64,000 nucleotides of DNA from Eledone cirrhosa (Eukaryota). Made by a program: the position numbers and the translations under genes. Positions 28,001 through 41,800 of the stretch are shown one piece after another (positions within the stretch are counted from its first letter, which is position 1; each line of letters starts with the position of its first letter). Location: contig OZ024761.1 of assembly GCA_964016885.1 (NCBI GenBank), positions 6,634,001 to 6,698,000 on the forward strand, in the 5' to 3' direction. The notes beneath the pieces are model-generated. The model was not told where the DNA came from. It did not search any database and was given only the letters and a program-made list of their open reading frames with translations.

Positions 28001-31000
28001 TGGGATGTTGATATCTGCCAGGACTAAAACACATTTTCAAAGGAATAATAAAGAGAAATACCCACATCTCTAGTGGAAATATTTCTGAGATTCGAAACCC
28101 TATCGATGTATGTATTTTGTAACTGAAAAATTATCAAAAAATAATGTACGTTTTTCACGCAAGTGAAATTAAAATGAATCTATATATAGGGTTTTTGATA
28201 CCTGCCAGAGCTAATGAAATAGTAAAATTTTTTGTTTTCAATTACGTCAAGCATCGTATGTTCTTGTTTATTAAAGAACTGCTAAAATAGATTTAGTAAG
28301 TATTATGCCAAAATTTGTTTCTTAAGCGGTAATGATAGACTCCGTCTGTGCTAGAGTATGTTTACACACACTACATACATGCATATACATGAATTAATGG
28401 TTCATTAGCTTTATTTATCTATTTACACTTCTCGTAATAATTCGAGCGTTATTTTCTTCAGGAGAGACGTAGATAGAAAACGTTTGTGGCTTTAGTATTG
28501 CTTATTTTTATGTTTTGTTTAATTGCCAATAAATGTGAAATCTATTTGTTAGGTTACTTAGATCTACAAACCTTTCTTATGACACTTACTAATAATTCGA
28601 GCATGTCTTTCTTCGGGTGACAGGTAGATAGAAAAACGTTTGTTCAAAATTAACGTTTATAGACAAGAAAAGTATCTTTCTTTCTCTCTGGAAAAATAAA
28701 TCGGCTGTTTTTAGACCAGGAGGAGACGAGGATTGACTCAGTCAGGTTTAAATGCATGCCCACATGGCGGTAATTATGGCAGCCCTACAACAATAGTTAA
28801 GTGTCTATAACAACCACGAATTCATGAGACTGAAATCCTTACTAATGTATTTTTACTTTGGTACTTGAAAAGAAAATTTTAAAAATAATTACATCCTTTT
28901 CACCTAAGTCAAATACTATGTACTTAAATGAATCTACAGATGAAGATGCAATATCTACTAGGACCTTGGAAATAGTGAAATATATATTTAAAAAAATTAA
29001 AACTACTTTTCAAATAAATAATAAAGATACACAAACACATCTCTCGTGGTGATATTTCTGAGATTGGAAACCTTATCAATGTATGTATTTTGTCACTGAA
29101 AAGTTATAAAGAAAATAATTAATATTATATATGTGTTTTTAGCATAAGTGAAATTAAAATGAGGTTTTCGATACCTGCCAGAGCTTAGGAAATAATAAAG
29201 TAATTTTTTTTTTCAATTATGTCAAACATCGTAGGTGGTTCTTTATTAAAGAAATGCTAAAATAGATTTAAATATATCAAATTTGCACAGTAGAATTACG
29301 GCCGCTTGGTGGGCGTGTGGTAAAGTGGTGGTATCGTAGGTAGTGTAGTTAGGTAGTGAAGGTTCGAGCGTAGGGGGGAACTAAAAAGGTGGCTTCGAGA
29401 TGACGGTGGCCCCGGTAGCCCAGAAGGTAGAGACCGTTCTTTTAATTAAAAAAATAAAAATACTTTAAATTTTAGATAAAGAAGATTGAAAGCCTACCTC
29501 CAATCTATACATATATAAAGCATGCATAGATACAGCACTATAACCCACACGGCCACCTACAGACCAACAAATAAGTAGTGAAAATTAACACATTTAAAGT
29601 TATTTTATTGTTAGACTGAAAATAAGTTTATATAGATATATATTTAACAAAAAGTAATCGAAGGCTTTATAGTCTAGTGGTAAGACATAGAACTAGGGAA
29701 TGCAGTGGTTGGCTTTCGAATCAGATTATAATAATAATAATTTTTTTTTTTTTTTATCCTCATACTATAAGGAACTTACCTGATTTGAACACGTAGTCAT
29801 ACCATTTAAAGCTTTATTTGTCTCTCCCTCATGGTAAGACAATCAGCATATAAATAAACATGCTTCAATTCAACACGTTTTCATACCATTTAAAACTTTC
29901 TTTAGAGATAAGGCAGACACACACAAATGAACTAGGTAGTAAACTATGAAGACTACGTATGTCTATTAATATCAACGCGTCGTTAAATGTAGTGGTCATT
30001 TTATTGTTTAATGTACATAAACCCCTTAATATAATTGTTTCTACTTTTGACATAAGACCAGCAATTGTCCCAGTGCATTACTGATACTTCATTTTATCCA
30101 TCCTGCAAGGTTGAACATATAATACCATGTAAAAGATTTAAATGTCAGAAGGAATCATTTTTATTTTCTTGTTCCGTCAAACCTTGCGTTTATTCTGCAC
30201 ACACACTTGTGGTCGAAACACTTGCTTGAGGTGGGGTTTTTTTATTATAGAAAAACCTAAACTAAGTTCAATGTACTTAAACTATTGCAAACATTGTTTT
30301 TTACAGAAAGAAGTAAACAGGGAGTTCCATGGAGCCGACATTCTCGACAAGAAGGGTTAGACATGAGAAACTTTCGCTTTGTGGAGATTGACACAACATT
30401 GGGTGATGATACGAGGAGAGGAAAGGTTGTGGAGAGTGTCTGAGTGGAAGAGATGAAATGTGAGCAGTAACCTCCGAAGAGTTGAAATTACTAATTGAGA
30501 TGAAATCATAGCTATGTTGACAATATATATTACAAACATGTAGTATAAATTAAACTAGTGTTATCCTGTAACACAGAAGACAAATAAAACATTACCTCTT
30601 GCATGCACCTCGTACCGGTGTAAACTAAATATGCCACCGGTGTAGCGTTTTTATAGTCTCTCCGCTTCATTATATCATCGAGTAACTTGAAACTGAGTTC
30701 AAATCACCGGGAGGTAGAAATGTCACTTTAAAATGAAGACACAGCTTGCATATTGATTTGACACAGCTTGCATATTGATTTCACACAGCTTGTATATTGA
30801 TTTCACGTTCAAAATAAAAGATACACACACACACTATCCATCTATTTATCTCTTTCTATATATATATATATGATTATACCCAAAGATATCGATATTGAAA
30901 CAATTCTAATATGCCAATAAAGTTAATATGTATGCTGTAACAGTCTTTTGGGTCTTACTTTTATTCACAATGTACAGTTGCTTTAATTCTGGAATAAAAC

Positions 31001-31875
31001 CTAACTGAAACCGTCTTGTCACAATATGGAGTAGGGGCGAATCGCCTGTAACTCTAGTTACACAAAGAATGAAATAAATATATATATATATATATATATA
31101 CATATATATTTTTTTGTATAACGGATGTGTATGTAAAATAATATAATTAATATTTGTGCCACAAACGGCGTGTTTACATTAAATTCAATGCATGTATAAC
31201 TACACATACAATGAGCTTTTTCGTTAAAAAACGTTAATATCATATTATTAAGAAAATTATTAATTTCTGGATGTGTTGTGAGTATATATATTCTAAAAGA
31301 GACGGGGTTTAAATGAAACCATTACCTCTTATGAATAAATGTCAAACTGTTTAGAAATACGTGTATGTATACATACTCTATTTAAGACGACATAACAAAC
31401 TACCTTTCGTTAAAGAATGCCAAATAGATTATACTTGAGCAATAGCGGTGTAACACTAATTAAGTTACCGGTGTAGATATATTAGTTTACCACTATCAAC
31501 CGACTGCCCGGTAATTTGAATTCGAGTTCATAGTGGAGGTTGTAAAAGAAAAATGTTTGGAAAATAGTAGACTCTAAACCTGCTAGACACAGCAGTCAAA
31601 TCGGTTCCTCAGGGTAATAGATGCAAGTAGCTGCGACTTACCCTGTAGGGAGGGGGGGGGGGGGAACAGTGATTAAAATTTACTCAATATATTAATAGTG
31701 TGTAAAGAAATATATATATATATGTGTATGGGTGTGTGTTTATATATGCACACACACACACACATATATATTATATATGTATGTATGTATACATATATAT
31801 AAACACACGTATCTATATATACATACTTATCCATAAATATAAACATATTTAAATGTTTACATCAGCATATATAAA

Positions 31876-31925
<50 letters not shown>

Positions 31926-34900
31926 AATGTGAAAACTAAAATCCAAAGAGAGCTCGATAAGGATTTTATGTATATATAAAATATATATATATAAAATACC
32001 CTAGAACAAATATTTATAGTAAGAACAGATTAAAATGTATGCATATATATGTACATATATAGATATATATTTATTCATACATGCATAGAGAACAACAGAA
32101 AAAGGTCGGACAATAGGAGTGAAAGACCCCAAAACAAAACAAAATAAGAAGGACTAGCTAGTAATAACAAGTGTGTAAATGAAAACTGCACACAAGTATT
32201 TTTTTTTATCCAAAAATTGGATTTAAGTCAGAGACGAGTTATCATTCGTGGCAAAAATTTCGTTTTTGTTTACATAAAATTTTCTTTTGTTTTGAAAAGT
32301 TAGAGGAGGAAAAAAGAAGAAGTTTTTCAATTTTCTCCACTTCCGATTATTTTCTACTGTATGCTAGAAAGAGCAGTGAAAGCAATATATATATTTCATG
32401 ACAATATATATTGTTTTAAAGCTAAATTATTAACAACAATACATCGTATTTGCCGGTCTATTGGACACCCCTTCTCATAAGGCGCTCCTCTATTTCTATT
32501 ATATTTTACGTTACATTTTGTGGTTTATAGGCATTTCTATGGACCGCTTCCAATGTTCGCGCTTTTTCAATATACTCGGGTCCTCTAGGACCGTATCACG
32601 CGCAAATACCGGGGAATAACTGTATATGAATATATGGACTAATATACATTTAATTACACGCAAATTTATATAAATACCAATATATATACACTAATATATA
32701 CCAACACATCTGTCTCTCTATGTATATATGAGTAACCGTTTACTACTCATTGGAGACAGAGTGAGAGATTTGGCTGCTACTTTTAGTAGATTTAGATACT
32801 TCGGCAAATGGTTTATTTTTTTTTTTATTCTCGGTACTCTGAACACGATTTGAAATGACTGGAGTGTGTCTATAAAAGGGTAAACTGAAACTGTTGCACC
32901 GGTAACATTTTTAGTTTTACACCGGTATATCCGAGACATAATCTGTCTCGCATTCGTTCGTTAGAGGTAATGTTTCTTATGTCGTCTGAGTTAGTGTATA
33001 ACTGTAGCTTATTACCATACTTTCACACACATTATATCTATACACATATAGGATTTTATTATTAACTTTGTATTCTATCTAATGAGAAGAGTTAAAAATA
33101 ATAAGTGAAGTTAAAACTAACGTATAATTATATAACAATAGTATATAATAGTTTTCTCCACGTTATTGAGATTCCAAAGTTTTAAAGAAAAAAATCATGA
33201 TAGCAGAAGAAATATATTTAATATCGTAACAGATAATATTTCAGGCAGGATGGTCGTTTCTCTTGTCTTCTATCTGTAGTAGATTCGTCATGTTCCGTGA
33301 ATGTCACAGTTTATTATACATTGGAGACAGTGAGAGATTTGGCTACTATTTTTAGAAGATTTAGAAACTTCGGAAAACGGTTTACTTTTTTTCTTATTCC
33401 CGGCAGTCTGACCAGGATTTGAAATGACTGGAGTGATTTATAAAAGGGTAAACTGAATTAGTTGCCCCGGTAATATATTTAGTGTTACACCGGTATTTCG
33501 GAAACATATTCAATTTGGTATTCGTTTGTAAGAGGTAATGGTTATTTTTTTCTTTTGCCGTCTGTGTTAGTGTAGAACTGTTCTAGATTGACGAGCTTGC
33601 TTTTTACAACTCGTTGTCAAAATACATATTATTTACTTTCACACAGACAATTATATTTATACAGATATAGGATTTTATTAAGTTTGTATTCCTTATAATA
33701 AAAGTTAGAAATAATAAGTCAAGTTAAAGAATTAAGTATAATCATATAACAAAAGTATATAATAGTTTCCTAGACTTTATTCAGATTCAAGCGTTTTAAA
33801 GGAAAAACATGACAGTACAAGAAATATATTTAATATCATAACATATAATATTTCAGGTAGGCAGGTTGTTTCTGTTGTCTTCTATCTCCAGTAGATTCGT
33901 CATGTTCAGTGAGTGTCCTCTCCAGCCATAATTATGTCGTAGACGTAAGCAAATCTTGAGGCAGCCTTTTTGCTGGTACATTTATTAGCATGAATTCATG
34001 TTTACCCTCCTCGTAATAATTTGTACGTTTTTTTTTTAAATTTAGGTAAGACCTATATAAATATAAACGTTTGTGGGTTTAGTATACCTTTAAGTTTAAT
34101 TTCATTTAAAAAATACTTCTAACACAATTAGAACTGGAGCTACTAAGTTCTTGGCCACTAGAACATCTATTTGATAGAAGTTATTTCCTACTTCTATGCA
34201 CTGTGAATATCCCTTCTACTTGTGTTTGTTAAAGAAACATTCTCTCATTTAGAAACCATGACTTCTTGTTAAATGAATGTTTTGTCTGGTCCAGTGTCAA
34301 TAAGTGGCCTTGATTTTTGATTATTAATAAAGTTGAGGGGTCTACTGAATTGACAAAAGCTAATATGGAAGTAAGATTTATCTAATGTTGCTCAGAATTT
34401 TCTTCATTATTGCTTATTTTAAAGTCTTGTTTAGCTGCCGATAAATTTGAAATCTATATGTTAGGTTGCTTATACCTACAAACCTTTCTTATGAGACTTA
34501 CTACGGAATAAATTCTTAGCTGGAGATTTTACTTTGGGATAACGATCCTCCCAAATCCATAACAGCTTGAATCAGATGTAGCAAAAACTTGACTGTGAAT
34601 ATAATTGTAGACGGAAAATGTGTTTGTTTATTCAATCTAAAGAGAAGGAAAAGGAATTATAAGTCATGTGCAAAATTAACGTTTAAAGACATAATAAATG
34701 TATCTCTCTTTCGCTCTGGAAAAATAAATTGGCTGTTTTAGGATCAGGAGGAGGGGAGAATTGACTCAGAAGGTTTAAAGGCACACATAGTGGAAAACAA
34801 CATTTTAAAAATAATTATATCGTTTTCAAATTCACGTAAGTTAAATAAAATATATTTAAATGAATCTATAGATGGGATGTTGATATCTGCCAGGACTAAA

Positions 34901-37900
34901 ACACATTTTCAAAGGAATAATAAAGAGAAATACCCACATCTCTAGTGGAAATATTTCTGAGATTCGAAACCCTATCGATGTATGTATTTTGTAACTGAAA
35001 AATTATCAAAAAATAATGTACGTTTTTCACGCAAGTGAAATTAAAATGAATCTATATATAGGGTTGTTGATACCTGCCAGAGCTAATGAAATAGTAAAAT
35101 TTTTTGTTTTCAATTACGTCAAGCATCGTATGTTCTTGTTTATTAAAGAACTGCTAAAATAGATTTAGTAAGTATTATGCCAAAATTTGTTTCTTAAGCG
35201 GTAATGATAGACTCCGTCTGTGCTAGAGTATGTTTACACACACTACATACATGCATATACATGAATTAATGGTTCATTAGCTTTATTTATCTATTTACAC
35301 TTCTCGTAACAATTCGAGCGTTATTTTCTTCAGGAGAGACGTAGATAGAAAACGTTTGTGGCTTTAGTATTGCTTATTTTTATGTTTTGTTTAATTGCCA
35401 ATAAATGTGAAATCTATTTGTTAGGTTACTTAGATCTACAAACCTTTCTTATGACACTTACTAATAATTCGAGCATGTCTTTCTTCGGGTGACAGGTAGA
35501 TAGAAAAACGTTTGTTCAAAATTAACGTTTATAGACAAGAAAAGTATCTTTCTTTCTCTCTGGAAAAATAAATCGGCTGTTTTTAGACCAGGAGGAGACG
35601 AGGATTGACTCAGTCAGGTTTAAATGCATGCCCACATGGCGGTAATTATGGCAGCCCTACAACAATAGTTAAGTGTCTATAACAACCACGAATTCATGAG
35701 ACTGAAATCCTTACTAATGTATTTTTACTTTGGTACTTGAAAAGAAAATTTTAAAAATAATTACATCCTTTTCACCTAAGTCAAATACTATGTACTTAAA
35801 TGAATCTACAGATGAAGATGCAATATCTACTAGGACCTTGGAAATAGTGAAATATATATTTTAAAAAATTAAAACTACTTTTCAAATAAATAATAAAGAT
35901 ACACAAACACATCTCTCGTGGTGATATTTCTGAGATTGGAAACCTTATCAATGTATGTATTTTGTCACTGAAAAGTTATAAAGAAAATAATTAATATTAT
36001 ATATGTGTTTTTAGCATAAGTGAAATTAAAATGAGGTTTTCGATACCTGCCAGAGCTTAGGAAATAATAAAGTAATTTTTTTTTTCAATTATGTCAAACA
36101 TCGTAGGTGGTTCTTTATTAAAGAAATGCTAAAATAGATTTAAATATATCAAATTTGCACAGTAGAATTACGGCCGCTTGGTGGGCGTGTGGTAAAGTGG
36201 TGGTATCGTAGGTAGTGTAGTTAGGTAGTGAAGGTTCGAGCGTAGGGGGGAACTAAAAAGGTGGCTTCGAGATGAAGGTGGCCCCGGTAGCCCAGAAGGT
36301 AGAGACCGTTCTTTTAATTAAAAAAATAAAAATACTTTAAATTTTAGATAAAGAAGATTGAAAGCCTACCTCCAATCTATACATATATAAAGCATGCATA
36401 GATACAGCACTATAACCCACACGGCCACCTACAGACCAACAAATAAGTAGTGAAAATTAACACATTTAAAGTTATTTTATTGTTAGACTGAAAATAAGTT
36501 TATATAGATATATATTTAACAAAAAGTAATCGAAGGCTTTATAGTCTAGTGGTAAGACATAGAACTAGGGAATGCAGTGGTTGGCTTTCGAATCAGATTA
36601 TAATAACAATAATTTTTTTTTTTTTTTATCCTCATACTATAAGGAACTTACCTGATTTGAACACGTAGTCATACCATTTAAAGCTTTATTTGTCTCTCCC
36701 TCATGGTAAGACAATCAGCATATAAATAAACATGCTTCAATTCAACACGTTTTCATACCATTTAAAACTTTCTTTAGAGATAAGGCAGACACACACAAAT
36801 GAACTAGGTAGTAAACTATGAAGACTAAGTATGTCTATTAATATCAACGCGTCGTTAAATGTAGTGGTCATTTTATTGTTTAATGTACATAAACCCCTTA
36901 ATATAATTGTTTCTACTTTTGACATAAGACCAGCAATTGTCCCAGTGCATTACTGATACTTCATTTTATCCATCCTGCAAGGTTGAACATATAATACCAT
37001 GTAAAAGATTTAAATGTCAGAAGGAATCATTTTTATTTTCTTGTTCCGTCAAACCTTGCGTTTATTCTGCACACACACTTGTGGTCGAAACACTTGCTTG
37101 AGGTGGGTTTTTTTTTATTATAGATAAACGTAAACTAAGTTCAATGTACTTAAACTATTGCAAACATTGTTTTTTACAGAAAGAAGTAAACAGGGAGTTC
37201 CATGGAGCCGACATTCTCGACAAGAAGGGTTAGACATGAGAAACTTTCGCTTTGTGGAGATTGACACAACATTGGGTGATGATACGAGGAGAGGAAAGGT
37301 TGTGGAGAGTGTCTTAGTGGAAGAGATGAAATGTGAGCAGTAACCTCCGAAGAGTTGAAATTACTAATCGAGATGAAATCATAGCTATGTTGACAATATA
37401 TATTACAAACATGTAGTATAAATTAAACTAGTGTTATCCTGTAACACAGAAGACAAATAAAACATTACCTCTTGCATGCACCTCGTACCGGTGTAAACTA
37501 AATATGCCACCGGTGTAGCGTTTTTATAGTCTCTCCGCTTCATTATATCATCGAGTAACTTGAAACTGAGTTCAAATCACCGGGAGGTAGAAATGTCACT
37601 TTAAAATGAAGACACAGCTTGCATATTGATTTGACACAGCTTGCATATTGATTTCACACAGCTTGTATATTGATTTCACGTTCAAAATAAAAGATACACA
37701 CACACTATCCATCTATTTATCTCTTTCTATATATATATATGATTATACCCAAAGATATCGATATTGAAACAATTCTAATATGCCAATAAAGTTAATATGT
37801 ATGCTGTAACAGTCTTTTGGGTCTTACTTTTATTCACAATGTACAGTTGCTTTAATTCTGGAATAAAACCTAACTGAAACCGTCTTGTCACAGTATCAAG

Positions 37901-37973
37901 GGCTTGGAGGAGGGGCGAATCGCCTGTAACTCTAGTTACACAAAGAATGAAATAAATATATATATATATATAA

Positions 37974-38014
<41 letters not shown>

Positions 38015-38793
38015 TATTTTTTTGTATAACGGATGTGTATGTAAAATAATATAATTAATATTTGTGCCACAAACGGCGTGTTTACATTAAATTCAATGCA
38101 TGTATAACTACACATACAATGAGCTTTTTCGTTAAAAAACGTTAATATCATATTATTAAGAAAATTATTAATTTCTGGATGTGTTGTGAGTATATATATT
38201 CTAAAAGAGACGGGGTTTAAATGAAACCATTACCTCTTATGAATAAATGTCAAACTGTTTAGAAATACGTGTATGTATACATACTCTATTTAAGACGACA
38301 TAACAAACTACCTTTCGTTAAAGAATGCCAAATAGATTATACTTGAGCAATAGCGGTGTAACACTAATTAAGTTACCGGTGTAGATATATTAGTTTACCA
38401 CTATCAACCGACTGCCCGGTAATTTGAATTCGAGTTCATAGTGGAGGTTGTAAAAGAAAAATGTTTGGAAAATAGTAGACTCTAAACCTGCTAGACACAG
38501 CAGTCAAATCGGTTCCTCAGGGTAATAGATGCAAGTAGCTGCGACTTACCCTGTAGGGAGGGGGGGGGGGGGGGACAGTGAATAAAATTTACTCAATATA
38601 TTAATAGTGTGTAAAGAAATATATATATATATGTGTATGGGTGTGTGTTTATATATGCACACACACACACACATATATATTATATATGTATGTATGTATA
38701 CATATATATAAACACACGTATCTATATATACATACTTATCCATAAATATAAACATATTTAAATATTTACATCAGCATATACATATATAAACGC

Positions 38794-38826
<33 letters not shown>

Positions 38827-41800
38827 AATGTGAAAACTAAAATCCAAAGAGAGCTCGATAAGGATTTTATGTATATATAAAATATATATATATAAAATAC
38901 CCTAGAACAAATATTTATAGTAAGAACAGATTAAAATGTATGCATATATATGTACATATATAGATATATATTTATTCATACATGCATAGAGAACAACAGA
39001 AAAAGGTCGGACAATAGGAGTGAAAGACCCCAAAACAAAACAAAATAAGAAGGACTAGCTAGTAATAACAAGTGTGTAAATGAAAACTGCACACAAGTAT
39101 TTTTTTTTATCCAAAAATTGGATTTAAGTCAGAGACGAGTTATCATTCGTGGCAAAAATTTCGTTTTTGTTTACATAAAATTTTCTTTTGTTTTGAAAAG
39201 TTAGAGGAGGAAAAAAGAAGAAGTTTTTCAATTTTCTCCACTTCCGATTATTTTCTACTGTATGCTAGAAAGAGCAGTGAAAGCAATATATATATTTCAT
39301 GACAATATATATTGTTTTAAAGCTAAATTATTAACAACAATACATCGTATTTGCCGGTCTATTGGACACCCCTTCTCATAAGGCGCTCCTCTATTTCTAT
39401 TATATTTTACGTTACATTTTGTGGTTTATAGGCATTTCTATGGACCACTTCCAATGTTCGCGCTTTTTCAATATACTCGGGTCCTCTAGGACCGTATCAC
39501 GCGCAAATACCGGGGAATAACTGTATATGAATATATGGACTAATATACATTTAATTACACGCAAATTTATATAAATACCAATATATATACACTAATATAT
39601 ACCAACACATCTGTCTCTCTATGTATATATGAGTAACCGTTTACTACTCATTGGAGACAGAGTGAGAGATTTGGCTGCTACTTTTAGTAGATTTAGATAC
39701 TTCGGCAAATGGTTTATTTTTTTTTTTATTCTCGGTACTCTGAACACGATTTGAAATGACTGGAGTGTGTCTATAAAAGGGTAAACTGAAACTGTTGCAC
39801 CGGTAACATTTTTAGTTTTACACCGGTATATCCGAGACATAATCTGTCTCGCATTCGTTCGTTAGAGGTAATGTTTCTTATGTCGTCTGAGTTAGTGTAT
39901 AACTGTAGCTTATTACCATACTTTCACACACATTATATCTATACACATATAGGATTTTATTATTAACTTTGTATTCTATCTAATGAGAAGAGTTAGAAAT
40001 AATAAGTGAAGTTAAAACTAACGTATAATTATATAACAATAGTATATAATAGTTTTCTCCACGTTATTGAGATTCCAAAGTTTTAAAGAAAAAATCATGA
40101 TAGCAGAAGAAATATATTTAATATCGTAACAGATAATATTTCAGGCAGGGTGGTCGTTTCTCTTGTCTTCTATCTGTAGTAGATTCGTCATGTTCCGTGA
40201 ATGTCACAGTTTATTATACATTGGAGACAGTGAGAGATTTGGCTACTATTTTTAGAAGATTTAGAAACTTCGGAAAACGGTTTACTTTTTTTCTTATTCC
40301 CGGCAGTCTGACCAGGATTTGAAATGACTGGAGTGATTTATAAAAGGGTAAACTGAATTAGTTGCCCCGGTAATATATTTAGTGTTACACCGGTATTTCG
40401 GAAACATATTCAATTTGGTATTCGTTTGTAAGAGGTAATGGTTATTTTTTTCTTTTGCCGTCTGTGTTAGTGTAGAACTGTTCTAGATTGACGAGCTTGC
40501 TTTTTACAACTCGTTGTCAAAATACATATTTACTTTCACACAGACAATTATATTTATACAGATATAGGATTTTATTAAGTTTGTATTCCTTATAATAAAA
40601 GTTAGAAATAATAAGTCAAGTTAAAGAATTAAGTATAATCATATAACAAAAGTATATAATAGTTTCCTAGACTTTATTCAGATTCAAGCGTTTTAAAGGA
40701 AAAACATGACAGTACAAGAAATATATTTAATATCATAACATATAATATTTCAGGTAGGCAGGTTGTTTCTGTTGTCTTCTATCTCCAGTAGATTCGTCAT
40801 GTTCAGTGAGTGTCCTCTCCAGCCATAATTATGTCGTAGACGTAAGCATAAGTTCGATTTCTTCTGAGAGCAAATCTTGAGGCAGCCTTTTTGGTGGTAC
40901 ATTTATTAGCATGAATTCATGTTTACCCTCCTCGTAATAATTTGTACGTTTTTTTTTTAAATTTAGGTAAGACCTATATAAATATAAACGTTTGTGGGTT
41001 TAGTATACCTTTAAGTTTAATTTCATTTAAAAAATACTTCTAACACAATTAGAACTGGAGCTACTAAGTTCTTGGCCACTAGAACATCTATTTGATAGAA
41101 GTTATTTCCTACTTCTATGCACTGTGAATATCCCTTCTACTTGTGTTTGTTAAAGAAACATTCTCTCATTTAGAAACCATGACTTCTTGTTAAATGAATG
41201 TTTTGTCTGGTCCAGTGTCAATAAGTGGCCTTGATTTTTGATTATTAATAAAGTTGAGGGGTCTACTGAATTGACAAAAGCTAATATGGAAGTAAGATTT
41301 ATCTAATGTTGCTCAGAATTTTCTTCATTATTGCTTATTTTAAAGTCTTGTTTAGCTGCCGATAAATTTGAAATCTATATGTTAGGTTGCTTATACCTAC
41401 AAACCTTTCTTATGAGACTTACTACGGAATAAATTCTTAGCTGGAGATTTTACTTTGGGATAACGATCCTCCCAAATCCATAACAGCTTGAATCAGATGT
41501 AGCAAAAACTTGACTGTGAATATAATTGTAGACGGAAAATGTGTTTGTTTATTCAATCTAAAGAGAAGGAAAAGGAATTATAAGTCATGTGCAAAATTAA
41601 CGTTTAAAGACATAATAAATGTATCTCTCTTTCGCTCTGGAAAAATAAATTGGCTGTTTTAGGATCAGGAGGAGGGGAGAATTGACTCAGAAGGTTTAAA
41701 GGCACACATAGTGGAAAACAACATTTTAAAAATAATTATATCGTTTTCAAATTCACGTAAGTTAAATAAAATATATTTAAATGAATCTATAGATGGGATG